A stretch of 64,000 nt of DNA, taken from positions 434,001 to 498,000 of the forward strand of contig LSRY02000033.1 in NCBI GenBank assembly GCA_001643675.2. Reading direction: 5' to 3'. The notes under the pieces are model-generated. The model had not been told where the DNA came from. It saw nothing but the letters and a program-made list of their open reading frames with translations, and did not search any database. Within the stretch, counting starts at the first letter, position 1; each line of letters opens with the position of its first letter. Source of the stretch: Monocercomonoides exilis PA203 (Eukaryota > Protista > Preaxostyla). The translations under genes and the position numbers were made by a program. Of this stretch, positions 25,601-36,201 are shown piece after piece.

Positions 25601-27336
25601 GCCGGATGAAGAGCGTGATGAAAGGGATGGAGGAAGAGAAGGAGGAGTTAGGAGCGAGGCTGCGAGAAGCGAAGAGGACAGTGGAGGATCTGAAGAGGGA
25701 GAATGCGGAAGTGGCAGAAAGAGCAGAAGCGAAGGAGGCAGAGTGGGAGAGAGAGCTGGAGGAGGAGAAGCGGAGGATGGAGGCACGCCTGAAGGGGAAG
25801 ATTGGAGAGGTTGAGAATGAAAGAGATCGGGATCGAAGGTGGTATGAAACAGCGGAAGAGGAGTGGAACAGCGAAAAGGAGGGATTGGAGGCAGAAATAC
25901 GATCGCTGAAGCAGCAAGTGCAGACACTCCAACAACAGCAGCATTCCGCTGAACACTCTTCTCCATCGCTCAAATACACAGCTGGAGAAGAAGTCGCAAA
26001 CAGAACGAGCCGGCCATCTGTTTATTTGAGGAGCGATCATCGGGCGAATGGGGTATCCCGCACTTACAGCGAGGATCCTCCATCTGCTCTTTCTCCACCG
26101 CTTCAGGTTCAGCCATCTGCACATTCAGCCTCTTCTCAGCTGCCTTCTCGCTCTGGCCAGCGCCTTTCACCGTCTTCTTCTTCTTCTTCTTCTTCCCAGT
26201 CAACAGCTCCAAAAGCTGCTTCTTCATATTCGTTGAGCTCTTCGTCGTCTGAGAAAGCCTATTCATTTTTGGATGGATTTCCTTCTTCTCGTCCTTCGTC
26301 AGCGAGAAGAATTGAGCGAAGACAGTACAAGGACAGTGCTATTATTAATGATGCTATTAGCGAAAGAGAGAAAGAGAAGGAAAAAAGTAGCAGAGTTAAA
26401 ATTGAGCAAGATGAAGGAATTGAAGGGCGAAACGACAAATATGGAAGGAACGACCGAAGAGAAAGAAACGATCGATACTCAAACGCACTTTCTTCTACCT
26501 CCTCTTCTTCTTCCTATTCATTTTATCGTTCTGAAGCACCTCAGCAAACATCAGCGAGAAATTCTCGCAGGGTAACACTTCACTACGAAGCCGAAGAACC
26601 CGAAAGCACAACGCCAGCTCGGACATCTCGCAACCGGTTTTCTTCGACTTTTTCGCCATCTCCCTTTTTGTCGAGGAGCGTTGCTGATTTGCATCTGAGG
26701 CAGCAGAAAGAGTCGAGCGGATATGAATCGCTGGAATCATCTTCGTCTCCTCCTCAGCTGCGCAACACCCCGTCTGACACTTCAACCGCTAAGTCTGCTT
26801 CTTTGTCTTCCACACTCTCTCAGCTGGCTCCTTCGCGCAATCAACAACAACAGCAGCAGCAGAAGCAGCCAGTGCAGGAGCAAGACACTTCACCAAAGCG
26901 ATTCACATCGCAGCAGCGGATGAGGCAGATGTCTTCGTCGATTACATTTGGAGATTCGTCTGCACGTTCAGAACAGCCAAGCACAAATGACAGAGCAATG
27001 TCGTCAACATTAGCATCGACAGCATCAACATCGTCGTTGTCAGCACTCTCAAGCACATCTTCACTCTCATCGACTGAAGCAGAGAATGCAGCAAAGACGC
27101 AAACACAAACGCAGGCACTATCGCTGTCGCAGCTGCAGAAGATGCTCAGCACAAAGCAGATGGAACTGGATCAGTTGGAGAGCGAGTTTCGGAGAGAGCC
27201 AGTTCGCGGGTGCAGACAGGTGGAGGTGAAGAGGAGGAGAGAAGAAGTAGAGCGGAGGAGTGACGATCTGAGGAGGGATATTGGGAAGCTGAAGATGCAG
27301 GTGAAGCAGAAGCAGAAGGAGGAAATGATGATTTGA
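22651..27336 (+). CDS. Large low-complexity coiled-coil protein (acidic N-terminus, Ser/Pro regions, E/R/K coiled coil, C-terminal helical hairpin); probable small upstream exons from about 22264
   Basis: 1561-aa ORF. Acceptor TTTTGGCAG near 22678 and GT-AG-bounded segments at 22264-22570. C-terminus QLESEFRREP..VKRRREEVERR..DIGKLKMQVK. Confidence 0.8.
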   Translation: MQCNSDFLAGKGDEEEEDEEEGDEEEFESETDEDENSEYELVEEEKGLEEGAGQEDFEQEGMADENTELESNQEEPMDRLDEDDEDENVEEDEHTGERSEGSSDDDAEMSRSDTENRMAESEEEEGVESGKESEEAEYAVSSMQEKREEGSDWEPDVSSPSEDRVHLQPVTTSEKLRREGSVVDEKGRREAEKSDAEVCGESVAATLGSTQKRKGRSAAASFLMSLQQQKAQNIFSRKNDVEVGEKRMAEESSPKMKTSPEEQQEEDYSSTEVSAVSKTDKSKEAGDLDRKELLVSDSQSTDIQAELPTSEEVGNAGTPLALKRSKENESAASMDESGSTASRRLRTGGIGEYSASRDQPASSLLTPPSTPPSSAHSVRSSHTAQTARTQRSVQSAAEPNSSPSPFPSPFMTHASFLSSSLTSAASANTSALMSPQFPSPLQLQTQSQSLVTHSTLIRVSDGGFGSPGDLENPFQGSQFYSPPSSPLSNSTGGSAQVGRVRSASGSSDGAFSPSSPPGASFSPAFSVYSAFLSPEQEKERKAKGQQKGSPGWKGIGKEKGNWEDEKHANGESEANRDEEAGRWGDRGKNRSMAGGAQTGGYAHRSAIWSESSIDGETGQEGRETSEREVERGMFGADTDLNGWISRREAARQPRNRTLDAGSESNGMGKAQTGWGSTAAAGDASAETGKSIAQSNDRRSRFASNSFGASYLTSPLRAPANSGLDASDLSPGSTAAERGGRGREGATGRTQSTDVAESSGMDAKQEMRRLKAKLEEKDETILRLLKEKKEEAEEMAKEREREKSREESAERSREREREREKSRIRELEEAVKRKEEEGEKMRAEMEELREEAERSRREMRRMAEGVGEEKEKAAGAGRAEREEWEEKERRLVKEKEEAERELKREKEARKEMGRKWEKIEEEKDIEVKRVKRALAEAEGRVESEWKKGREAEKERERERQEAKVKERSMTRQLEETVAAAQEELSRMKSVMKGMEEEKEELGARLREAKRTVEDLKRENAEVAERAEAKEAEWERELEEEKRRMEARLKGKIGEVENERDRDRRWYETAEEEWNSEKEGLEAEIRSLKQQVQTLQQQQHSAEHSSPSLKYTAGEEVANRTSRPSVYLRSDHRANGVSRTYSEDPPSALSPPLQVQPSAHSASSQLPSRSGQRLSPSSSSSSSSQSTAPKAASSYSLSSSSSEKAYSFLDGFPSSRPSSARRIERRQYKDSAIINDAISEREKEKEKSSRVKIEQDEGIEGRNDKYGRNDRRERNDRYSNALSSTSSSSSYSFYRSEAPQQTSARNSRRVTLHYEAEEPESTTPARTSRNRFSSTFSPSPFLSRSVADLHLRQQKESSGYESLESSSSPPQLRNTPSDTSTAKSASLSSTLSQLAPSRNQQQQQQQKQPVQEQDTSPKRFTSQQRMRQMSSSITFGDSSARSEQPSTNDRAMSSTLASTASTSSLSALSSTSSLSSTEAENAAKTQTQTQALSLSQLQKMLSTKQMELDQLESEFRREPVRGCRQVEVKRRREEVERRSDDLRRDIGKLKMQVKQKQKEEMMI

Positions 27337-28026
27337 AGGTGGCATGTGTATGTGGAGAGGAAAGAGGATGAAGCGTGTGCATAATTAAGTTATTTGCGAA
27401 AATTCTGTCAATCTTTCTTTTCTTATCTTTTCTTTTCTCTTCTCTTTTCTTAAACTCAGTGTTTTCCGAAAAAAAGTAATTATCTTAACATTTTCTTTTT
27501 CAAAGCATCTCCATTCATTCCGATGCTTTCTGTGTTTTCTCTGAATTTTCTGTTTGAGTGAAAAAAAAAAAGAAGTAAAACAAAAAGACAAATTTACTTT
27601 TTTTCTGATTCACCAAACAGTTTTCAGAAAGTTCACTTTGCAATTCATCAATCGTCGTTATTCCATTTCACTTTTGGTTCATTATAACCCTTTTTTGGCA
27701 AATGTTTTTTTTTTTAATTTTCTTTTTTCTTTCTTTATTTTTCTTTTGATGATTTGCAACTAGTTTTGCTGTTGCTAATCCAGAAATATTCAACTTATTA
27801 ACAAAAATGTTGAGACAAAAAGATTAAGTTTTTCTGTTGAAATTTCTATTTTAAAAAAATCATGATTTCCTTTTTCAAAATTGTTTTTTTTTTAAGTGAA
27901 GTGAGAAATATAAAAAAAATTTCAAGAAATTTGTTAGCAGTCAGAGAAATCAAAAACGAAGTGTATTCAATTGATTTGACAACAAACAAACAAAAAAATA
28001 ACAATAAATAAAATAAAATAAAATTT

Positions 28027-30255
28027 TCACATCTTCTTCATCGATCCCTGCGGCTGATCAATTGCCGACATCAGAATAGATGGAGGTTTCAGCGGCGGGA
28101 AAGAAGAAACCGGAGATGGCGAGTTAGAAGCCTGCACGGGCGGAGGCGGGGCATCGGTGAAAGGGAAAATGGAGGCAGCAGGCGACAGCGAAAACTGTGC
28201 AGAGAGTGGTTGTGGGAGGCCGATAGTGGGCAAGCGAGGAGCAGGCGGGGGCTTTGAGGGAGGGGGGGGAGTGGGCGGGGTGCTGGAAGAGAGCTGGAAG
28301 GGGATTGAAGGAGGAGGAGAAACAGAAGAAGGAGAAGACATCAGGCTGGAGGATGAGGAGGATGAAGAAGAAGATGAAGCGAACGGGGCTGAAATGTTGA
28401 ATGAGTCATGCGGCGATGTGAATAATGACGATGAATTAGAAGAGGATGAAGAAGAAGAAGAAATCGAAGGATTTGAACCAGAGGAATTCGAAACTGATGC
28501 AGAAAGCGGGGTGTCCAAAGAGAAATACGGGTGCAGAAGCGATGTAGCTGAGGTGACTACCTGCTCTGCCGAAGAGAGCGACCCTTCGTCGCTGAGCATC
28601 CCGCCGTCTGAGCGGAACAACGCTGCGCGCTGCCTCTCGCTGTCTTCGTACACAAACCGGTCTGCCCCTTCCTTCGCGTCGCTGTCCATCCAATCGGCCG
28701 GCTCGTCGGCGATGTTGAACCACTGGTCCATGATGTCCTCTGCCAGCTCCCGCACCTTGTCGTCCTCGTGGTTCACCAGCATGCCCAGCGTCGTGTCTGC
28801 CTCGCACCGCACCATCCGGTCGATGACAATATTTCCGCTCGACTTCTGCAGCTGCTTCGGATCCACAATGCCCATCGCATTCGCCCGCAGCCCGTTGGAA
28901 GAGCCGTCGGACGAAGGAGCCATTGAATCGAAGGAGGATAAAGTGGAGGAAGGGAAAGTGGAGGAAGGAAAGGCAGAAGTAGAAGAAGAAGAAGAAGAAG
29001 GAAATGATGATGATGATGATGATGATTGAGAAGTAGTAGAAGAAGAAAAAGAATGTGATGAAGTCACAGCGTCGTCCTCAGCTGCCAGCATCTGGTCGAA
29101 GCGATGCCCCACAACGAGCATCTGCTGCAGTGTGTCGATGGTAGCGCATTTGACTCTGTTCGAAGGGGCAGACAAAAGCTCGCATATTTTTTCGATCCCG
29201 TTCAAGTTCAGGAAGACAGACAGGCAGCGTGCGGAGTCGCGGCAGAAGTGGCGGAAGCAGGCGAGCATCTGCTCGTGGATCTCGTCGTCGACGTCTGGCA
29301 GCATCTTCAGCACACGCATCATCACGGGGTGGTTCAGGATGTCCTCGGCCTGGGCGATGGAAAAGAGGGAAAGAAGAAAAAGGGGGTTTATTTATTTTGA
29401 AGGGGGGAAGGGGAAGGAGGGGAGAAAGTATGAAGAATGTGATGAATGTTTCGGTTTGAGTCATATCATCAAATAAAAAGAATGAAATGATAGATAGACA
29501 AATGAATTTAAATTTATTTCATAGCAATAAAAACAAAAGCAATAAAATTTATAAACGAAAGCTTCCAAATATTTTCCGTTAATGAATAATAATCGCCAAG
29601 CCCCCAAATAAGATGAAAATAAAAATAAATGAAAATAAAATGCAATGAAAGTTGCATATATTTCACACATGATCAGGATCCCTCCCCATCGAATCGAGTG
29701 TGCGCAACACAGCATATGTCAGATATCCATTGTTTTTGTGGAGGATTTCTGAAGCAATGGTCAGAAAATCAGCTTCGATCAATTTCTGTGTTGTTTTAAA
29801 AAGGAAGGGAAAAAAAGTATTTTTGATGATAAAGAAAGAAAGAAAGAAAGGTAGGAAGGAAGGAAAAAAGAAAGGAAAAAAGAAATGATTGAAATAAAAG
29901 AAGAAGAAAGAATAAATTCCAACATAAAATAAGAATAAGAATAATAATGTGATAAGCACACTTGAACGTAAAATGGAGAGCACCTAGCGATGTTGTTCAT
30001 CATGTGTATCAAAGGCTCAACCACTTCAGGAACAGGTCCTGTCAACATTGAAAAGATCTTTGGAAACGATTGGGTTGTTACAAGCAGCTGAATGGGGAAG
30101 TGGAAAGAGAGAAAAAGAGAAAAAGAGAGAAAGAGAGAAAGAGAGAAAGAGAGAAAGAGAGAAAGAGAGAAAGAAAGAAAGAAAGAAAGAAAAGAAAAGA
30201 AAAGAAAAGAAAAGAAAAGAAAAGAAAAGAAAAGAAAAGAAAAGAAAAGAAAAGA

Positions 30256-30299
<44 letters not shown>

Positions 30300-30307
30300 A
30301 GAGAGAA

Positions 30308-30340
<33 letters not shown>

Positions 30341-31839
30341 AGAAGAGAAGAAAGAAAGATAGCAGTTCAGATAAAATTCAAAGAAAATTTGCAAATTTAA
30401 AGGAAAATTCAACAAATACGTATTAAAAACAATATATTAATTTCAACATTATTTTTTACGAAAAGTATCACAATATGCAGTCCAAAAAAATAAAATAAAA
30501 GACCCCTTCAAATACCTTCACAGCCCGTGGATTGTCTCTTGTGATTCTGTTCAGTGCAGTTGCTGCGCACTCACATATTTGAGTCGAAAGAGGCATACTG
30601 CCTCCCTGCTGAAAGGTCTGGAACGAGCTGTCGCTGGGATCAGTAGAGACAAGAGCCTCAACGACGATGGGGATTCCTTCATAGAGTGTGCGCTCTGCTT
30701 CTTCGATCGCTGCATCTATTGGCGAGGTGCTTGCAACAAGGGCGGCAGAAGGAAAGGGCGAAGGCGCAGCTGAACCTGACAAGAAAGAAGGTCGATCATC
30801 TGAGCTCATTCCATTCGTCTCGCCTGTTTCATCGCCCATTTGCCCGCTGTGTTCCTGTTCTGCATCGGCTTTTTCTTGCTCTCGCTCCAGCCACCGACAG
30901 CGGTCGGATGAGCGCGCTAACGTGGCATATGCATCTATCGCACGAAGATATATGTCTGGAGGGAGCTTTATGTTTTTCACAAGTTCGACAACCGGTCGGA
31001 CAATATCAAATTGAATGCAGTAATTCCGCATATCTGTCCAATATCTCGTGAAAGTTGAAATACATAATAGTGCCTTATTGGCGCATTGTCGAGGAGCATT
31101 AAAATGTTGAGATAATCGAAAATGTCAAGAATTTTTGGAAAAAAAATCGAATCAATGCAAAATAAAAATAAAACGATTCAAAAAATTATACTATCTTTAA
31201 GACGCCTTCATCGTTTGAAGATAAAAATTTCTTAAAATGCACTAATGTTCCTGAATAAAGAACAGTTTCTGTATATTTCGTTGAACGATCGCTTGCTGAC
31301 AATTTGAGAAAAAATGAGAAGGAAAAAACAGATATTTTTCCAAACCAATTGAATTTAATATAACTAGTACATGATATTGGATTGAAGGATATTGTGTTTG
31401 CGAAAGAAGTCGATTAAAAATATCCATTGGATTCAAAGAAACTAAGAGAGCAATTGTTTCTGAATTTTCTTCTGATGATCCTCTTGAAATTGCATCTTCA
31501 ATTGCCTTTATTCCTTCAAATGCTTTTTCAGGTACTTGTGAATTTGCCTCGTCAAGCAACTGAGACATTTGCATTATCTTAGAAAAAAAATTGAAAAGTG
31601 AAATCATCAAAACAGAAAAAGAAAACATTTATTGTAGGCTTAAAGGTTCTTTGTTCCATGTCTTCACGCATTTTATTTATCTCGTTATCTCTTGAACGTA
31701 AACGAATTTTCCCCAGAGATTCGTCATTTTCACTTCTCAAATTCTGAAAGTCTACATCTCGCTGAAATTTGTCTGATCGACCTTTTTGAAAACGACTACT
31801 TTCTCCTCTGAAAAAAGATGTGGAATAACGATTTGACAT
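28027..31839 (-). CDS. Importin-alpha-like ARM-repeat protein (multi-exon) with Ser/Pro-rich C-terminal extension
   Basis: N-terminal basic IBB-like segment (RSDKFQRDVDFQNLR..IRLRSRDNEINKMR), ARM-like helical exons, and LVNHEDDKVRELAEDIMDQWF resembling the importin-alpha final ARM (LQxHExxxVxxxAxxIIxxYF). Confidence 0.7.
30102..30359. repeat. Compound intronic microsatellite (GA)n/(GAAAA)n/(GAAA)n
   Basis: Pure purine tract inside an intron of the importin-alpha-like gene. Confidence 0.95.
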
Positions 31840-31989
31840 CGCAAAATATGATAATTTTTATTTTTCCATAAAAATTATGCTTTTGTTATGAAATGAACAA
31901 AAGACTGAAAATTTCTTTGATAAATTGCCAAACTTTCCAAGATAACCTGTTTCAACAAATTCCAAAAAATTTCAACCATAAGAAAATAT

Positions 31990-32445
31990 ATGCAGTTAAA
32001 CATCCTTTCAACGGATATGAGCCCTGACCATATGCAGGGATTGAAAACGTTATCAAAAGAGTTTTATGATAGAATTTTACTTCAAGCAAAGGATCAATAT
32101 TTGAACAAAGGCTTTGAACGCGTTGTTGCGAAATGGTTTAAAGAAGGATTTGATCATCAATTTGGGTGTGATATAAATATAATGAATGTTCATTTATTGA
32201 GTCTGAAAATTAATTCTTTATTATAACATTATCATCATAGGCCTGCATGGCACTGCATTGCTGGGCCAGAGTTTGCAGCCTTTGTAACCCATGAAGCAAA
32301 ATCCTTAGCATACTTTAACCTTCAATATTCTCCTCCACCAAAAAAAGCTAGTCATACTCAAGGTCAGCAAGAAGATGAATTTGAAAAAAAGAAAGAAGCT
32401 CAACCGATTGCATTTTGGAGGATATTACTTTTCAAGGCGGGTTGA
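31990..32445 (+). CDS. Dynein light chain type 1 (LC8 family), two exons (31990-32165, 32241-32445)
   Basis: Spliced: ILSTDMS...VAKWFKEGFDHQFG|PAWHCIAGPEFAAFVTHE..YF..ILLFKAG*. This carries the LC8 signature FDxxxGxxWHCIxGxxFxxxVTHE and the terminal LFK. Confidence 0.9.
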
Positions 32446-32772
32446 AATAAATAACGACTCCTTTGTTGAATTAAAAAAATTCACTTCATCATTCAATTTT
32501 CTTATGTTTGTTTGAATTATTAATTGAATCATTTAATAAGATCTTGAAAAATCAAAACAAAGATTTCTCTTTTTTTTCAAAATTTAAATAAATGTTTTTT
32601 TTTTTTCTTATTTATTTGTTATATTTTAGCGCATGGCGAATCGTTCATGTTATATGTTCTTTTATTTGAAATAGCAATGAGGAATTTGATTTTCGAGTTT
32701 TCCGGTTGAAAAAAATTATCCAAGACTTTTTTAGAACCCTTAATCAAAATTGATAATACTAGCTTCTTGTCG

Positions 32773-34992
32773 ATGGGGCTTACATGTTCGACACCAGAAG
32801 TTCCAATTAATGTTCTGAATACTAAAGATGAAAACATTTTTGATCTTTCGCTTAAAATTGAGCCTTCAATGACATTGAAGCAATTAAAGGAGAAAGTGGC
32901 AACTTTTATGAGTTTGAACTCTAATAACTTTGTTTTTATTGAGCCTTCTCTAAATGGTGATAAAAATGAATCTGAGTCAATGTCGTTCAAGAAATTAAAA
33001 ATACATCCTGAAAGAATTGTTCTTTTGTACGATAATAATGGAATAAATAACAAAAGAATAGCTTCTCATAAAACTTATTCAAAGGAACTCATTAATGCTT
33101 CCAATGAAAATAAAAGGAAAATTTACGCTTTGAAGAGAAATGGGCAGAATTCTTCAATTGATTCACCTTCTTTATCATCACAAATAGCATCACACCTAAA
33201 TGACGGGCCAAATCTTGCTCTTTCTGAACATGTTTCATCGGATTTTACTTTAAAAGAGATGTCTAATTTTTTCATCCTTATTCAAAACCAGTCAAAGAAT
33301 CAAGATCTTCCTCTTTTTTTGGATACAATTCGAATTCATGATTTAACAATAGTTCCTAAATTCGAGATGGGTTCTTTTTTTGAAGCCGTTGAATATGCAT
33401 GTAAGGAACTTAAATTGCTTGTTGCATATGTTCATAAAGAAGGTGAAGAAGGGCGAACGATTTTTCAAGAAATATTCTGCAAAGATTCAATGATTAATTT
33501 TTTGAACAATGATTGTGTATTTTATGGAATAAGTTTCTCAAAAGCCAAAACTTTTGATAAAGCCACAGAAAAACTGCTTCCCTGCTGTCTTATTTTAGCA
33601 CCGTTAGCAGGACAAATTCATGTGATGCGAATGTTGCGTCTTGGCAAAGGAAAGAAAGCACAGAATGGTAAAAGCTCTTCGTCAACAAGTTCATCGAATT
33701 CCCCACATCCGTCTGTTTCTGTTCATGTCTCTACCGAGACGGTTTTTGAGCAGCTGCTGGCAGCTTCAGTTGAATTGAACGAGATGCATGAGCTTCTCTA
33801 TTCAGCAGGCGATGACGACCACTCTCTTGCCTTGCTGGACAGATTTGTGATGAAATCGATTGTTTCCGAAAGAAATGCCTCGCGAGCCAGTCGTGCAGAT
33901 AACGACGCGCACTCCATAGAATCTGAGATTCTGCAGTCATCTTCTATTATGTATCCTTCTTCGCCTTCTTCTTCATCTTCATCATCATCATCATCTTCTT
34001 CTTCTTCTTCTTCTGGTGCTCGGTCGGCTTCTGCTTCAGCTTCGGCTTCTGCATCTGCATCTTCGTCTGATTATTCTTCAATGGCAAGTGTATCAAATCC
34101 CATTTCACAAGCATCACCTCGCATGTCACCGTCATCTCATTTGTATTCTGACTCTTTCGACCCGTTTTCACCAGCAAGCAGCCAGCCAGCCGACGTCTTG
34201 TCTTCACAAGGAGCAAGAATGGAGTGGGGAGGAGCGCCTCAGAGCGATGCGGAGCTCGCCAGGAACATTGTGAAGATGCTGAATGAGATGGTGCCTGGGA
34301 GTGGGAGTGGGAATGTGAGCAGCGGGCCAGGCGGCATTGGAGGTGTGAAGTCACCGAGGCAGACGCACACGCTGAGTGCAGAGGAAGAGGCAAAGCTGCT
34401 GGAAGACAGGGAAATCGCATCGGCGACGCAGGCTGAGTATGAAGAGTCGATGCTCATTGACCAAGCAAAGGAGCAGTCGCGGAAGGACGAAGAAGAAAGG
34501 CAGATGAGGCTGGTGAGAGAGGCAGAGCTTGCCGAGCAGAGGCGAGCAGAAGAAGCGGAAGCGAAAGAGATCGAGCGATTGGAGAAGCTGGAGACGAGGA
34601 AAAAGATGAATGCGGAACTGGCTGTTCCTGAGCCGTCTGAAGACGAGTCCCTTCCAGCGGGAGAAGTGCGGTGTGTGCTGCAGCTGCGCCTTCCTGCTCC
34701 GTTTGAAACCTTCACAAGAACATTCATCACAAACAACACAATTGCCAATGTGGCTGCTGTGGTCAGGCAGAAGTATCCGGAGCTGCTGGAAAGAGACGTC
34801 AAGCTGGTGTCGTTTCCACGCGTTGTGCATTCTGATGAGCAGACGCTGAGAGAGGCAGGGCTGTTTCCAAGGGCGGCGCTTATTGTGGAGATAAGCGAGC
34901 CTGAAGATGAAGAAGATGATGATGAAGATGAAGAAGGAGAAGGAGAAGAGGGAGAAGGCAGTGCAGAAGAAGAGGGAGCAGATGGGAGATGA
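32773..34992 (+). CDS. FAF1/FAF2-like UBX-domain protein (UBL-like, UAS, coiled coil, UBX); p97/Cdc48 adaptor
   Basis: UBL-like KIEPSMTLKQLKEKV; UAS-like PKFEMGSFFEAVEYACKELKLLVAYVH; QAEYEESMLIDQAK coiled coil; UBX LQLRLP..FTRTF..SFPR..TLREAGLFPRAALIVE. Confidence 0.85.
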   Translation: MGLTCSTPEVPINVLNTKDENIFDLSLKIEPSMTLKQLKEKVATFMSLNSNNFVFIEPSLNGDKNESESMSFKKLKIHPERIVLLYDNNGINNKRIASHKTYSKELINASNENKRKIYALKRNGQNSSIDSPSLSSQIASHLNDGPNLALSEHVSSDFTLKEMSNFFILIQNQSKNQDLPLFLDTIRIHDLTIVPKFEMGSFFEAVEYACKELKLLVAYVHKEGEEGRTIFQEIFCKDSMINFLNNDCVFYGISFSKAKTFDKATEKLLPCCLILAPLAGQIHVMRMLRLGKGKKAQNGKSSSSTSSSNSPHPSVSVHVSTETVFEQLLAASVELNEMHELLYSAGDDDHSLALLDRFVMKSIVSERNASRASRADNDAHSIESEILQSSSIMYPSSPSSSSSSSSSSSSSSSSGARSASASASASASASSSDYSSMASVSNPISQASPRMSPSSHLYSDSFDPFSPASSQPADVLSSQGARMEWGGAPQSDAELARNIVKMLNEMVPGSGSGNVSSGPGGIGGVKSPRQTHTLSAEEEAKLLEDREIASATQAEYEESMLIDQAKEQSRKDEEERQMRLVREAELAEQRRAEEAEAKEIERLEKLETRKKMNAELAVPEPSEDESLPAGEVRCVLQLRLPAPFETFTRTFITNNTIANVAAVVRQKYPELLERDVKLVSFPRVVHSDEQTLREAGLFPRAALIVEISEPEDEEDDDEDEEGEGEEGEGSAEEEGADGR

Positions 34993-36201
34993 AGCAGAAA
35001 GGGGATGTTGCAATAGAATTGTAGATGCAATTTTTTAAAGAAGAACAACAGTTTTTGTGATTTGTCACAATAATTTAGCTTCACTTAATTGAAATGTATT
35101 TCGGAATAATGAAGAATAAAGTTATGACTATTTTCTTTTGGATGGAAAAATAAATTGCGTTTTGCGAGCAATTTACGACAAAAAATCAAAAGGATTCGAT
35201 TTATGAACTTCGTTTTGAACACATTTTCGATATCTTCATATCAATTAAATCTAATCGTTATTTCATTATTTTTTTTTTTTCCATTCATTTATTGCAATAT
35301 TAGGATATATAGTCATGCGTCAAATAGTCATTTCCATTGAATCTTCCATGTTTTTAATGAACTTTTTGTTGTTTTTTTTGAATTCATTGGAGTTTTGTAA
35401 CATTTATGTTTTGTTAATCATTCATCATTTGCTTTGAGTATGAAGTTGCATTTCGTCATGATTTATGTTTTTTCTATTCTTTTTCTTTTTTTTTCTTTTT
35501 AACTCCATTGTCAATTTATTCTGATAATGTTTTTGTTGATGGGAAAAAAAAATCATTTCAACTGCTTATTTCTTTCTTCCTCTGATTTTTTATGTGATAA
35601 CCTTTGTCAATTCATTTTCGCTCATATTATTTTGCGGAATAAAATAGTTTTTTTTTAAAAAAAAAAATATTGGACAAATATTATGAAAAAGAAAAAGAAA
35701 TGAGTTTGCAATGTTTAATGCTGTTATTTCATTTCCGCTCAATTTGAAACAAAAAATAAAAAAAAATTGTAATCATAACTCTCTTTTTTTAAAAAAAATC
35801 ACTCTTTGATAGACGACATGCTCAAGAAAGTTAGCCTTTAAAAAATATAAATATAACATGAATAGAACTCAAATTTTCGAGAGTGCGTAATGAATAATTC
35901 CATTATTCTTTGAAAGTATCTGCTCTTCCTTCATTGAGTTTGTTGCAATTATTAAAACATTCAAAAAACAGTTGCTTTGTATTTACAGTTTGTTTTTTTT
36001 CTGTTTTTCCCCAAACATAAAATAAAAACAATCATAACAATGTGTTATGGTACTGTAAAGGCCAAATAATAAATACAATAAAAAAATACAAATTAATAAA
36101 TATATATAGAAAAAAAAGAAATAATCTTCTCACACATTTCATAATTTTCCTTTGCTATTTGCGACAGATACCCTCTTTTTCATCAATCTTTTACACTCTC
36201 C

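Noticed and set aside
24731-25979. Long antisense ORFs (400-411 aa) and similar shadow ORFs at 28157-29029, 34239-35084 and 59082-60194
   Set aside because: These are stop-poor mirrors of biased or GC-rich coding sequence with low-complexity products and no motifs.
30026-30426. K/R/E-rich or F/S/L-rich ORFs in several frames
   Set aside because: They are translations of an intronic microsatellite.
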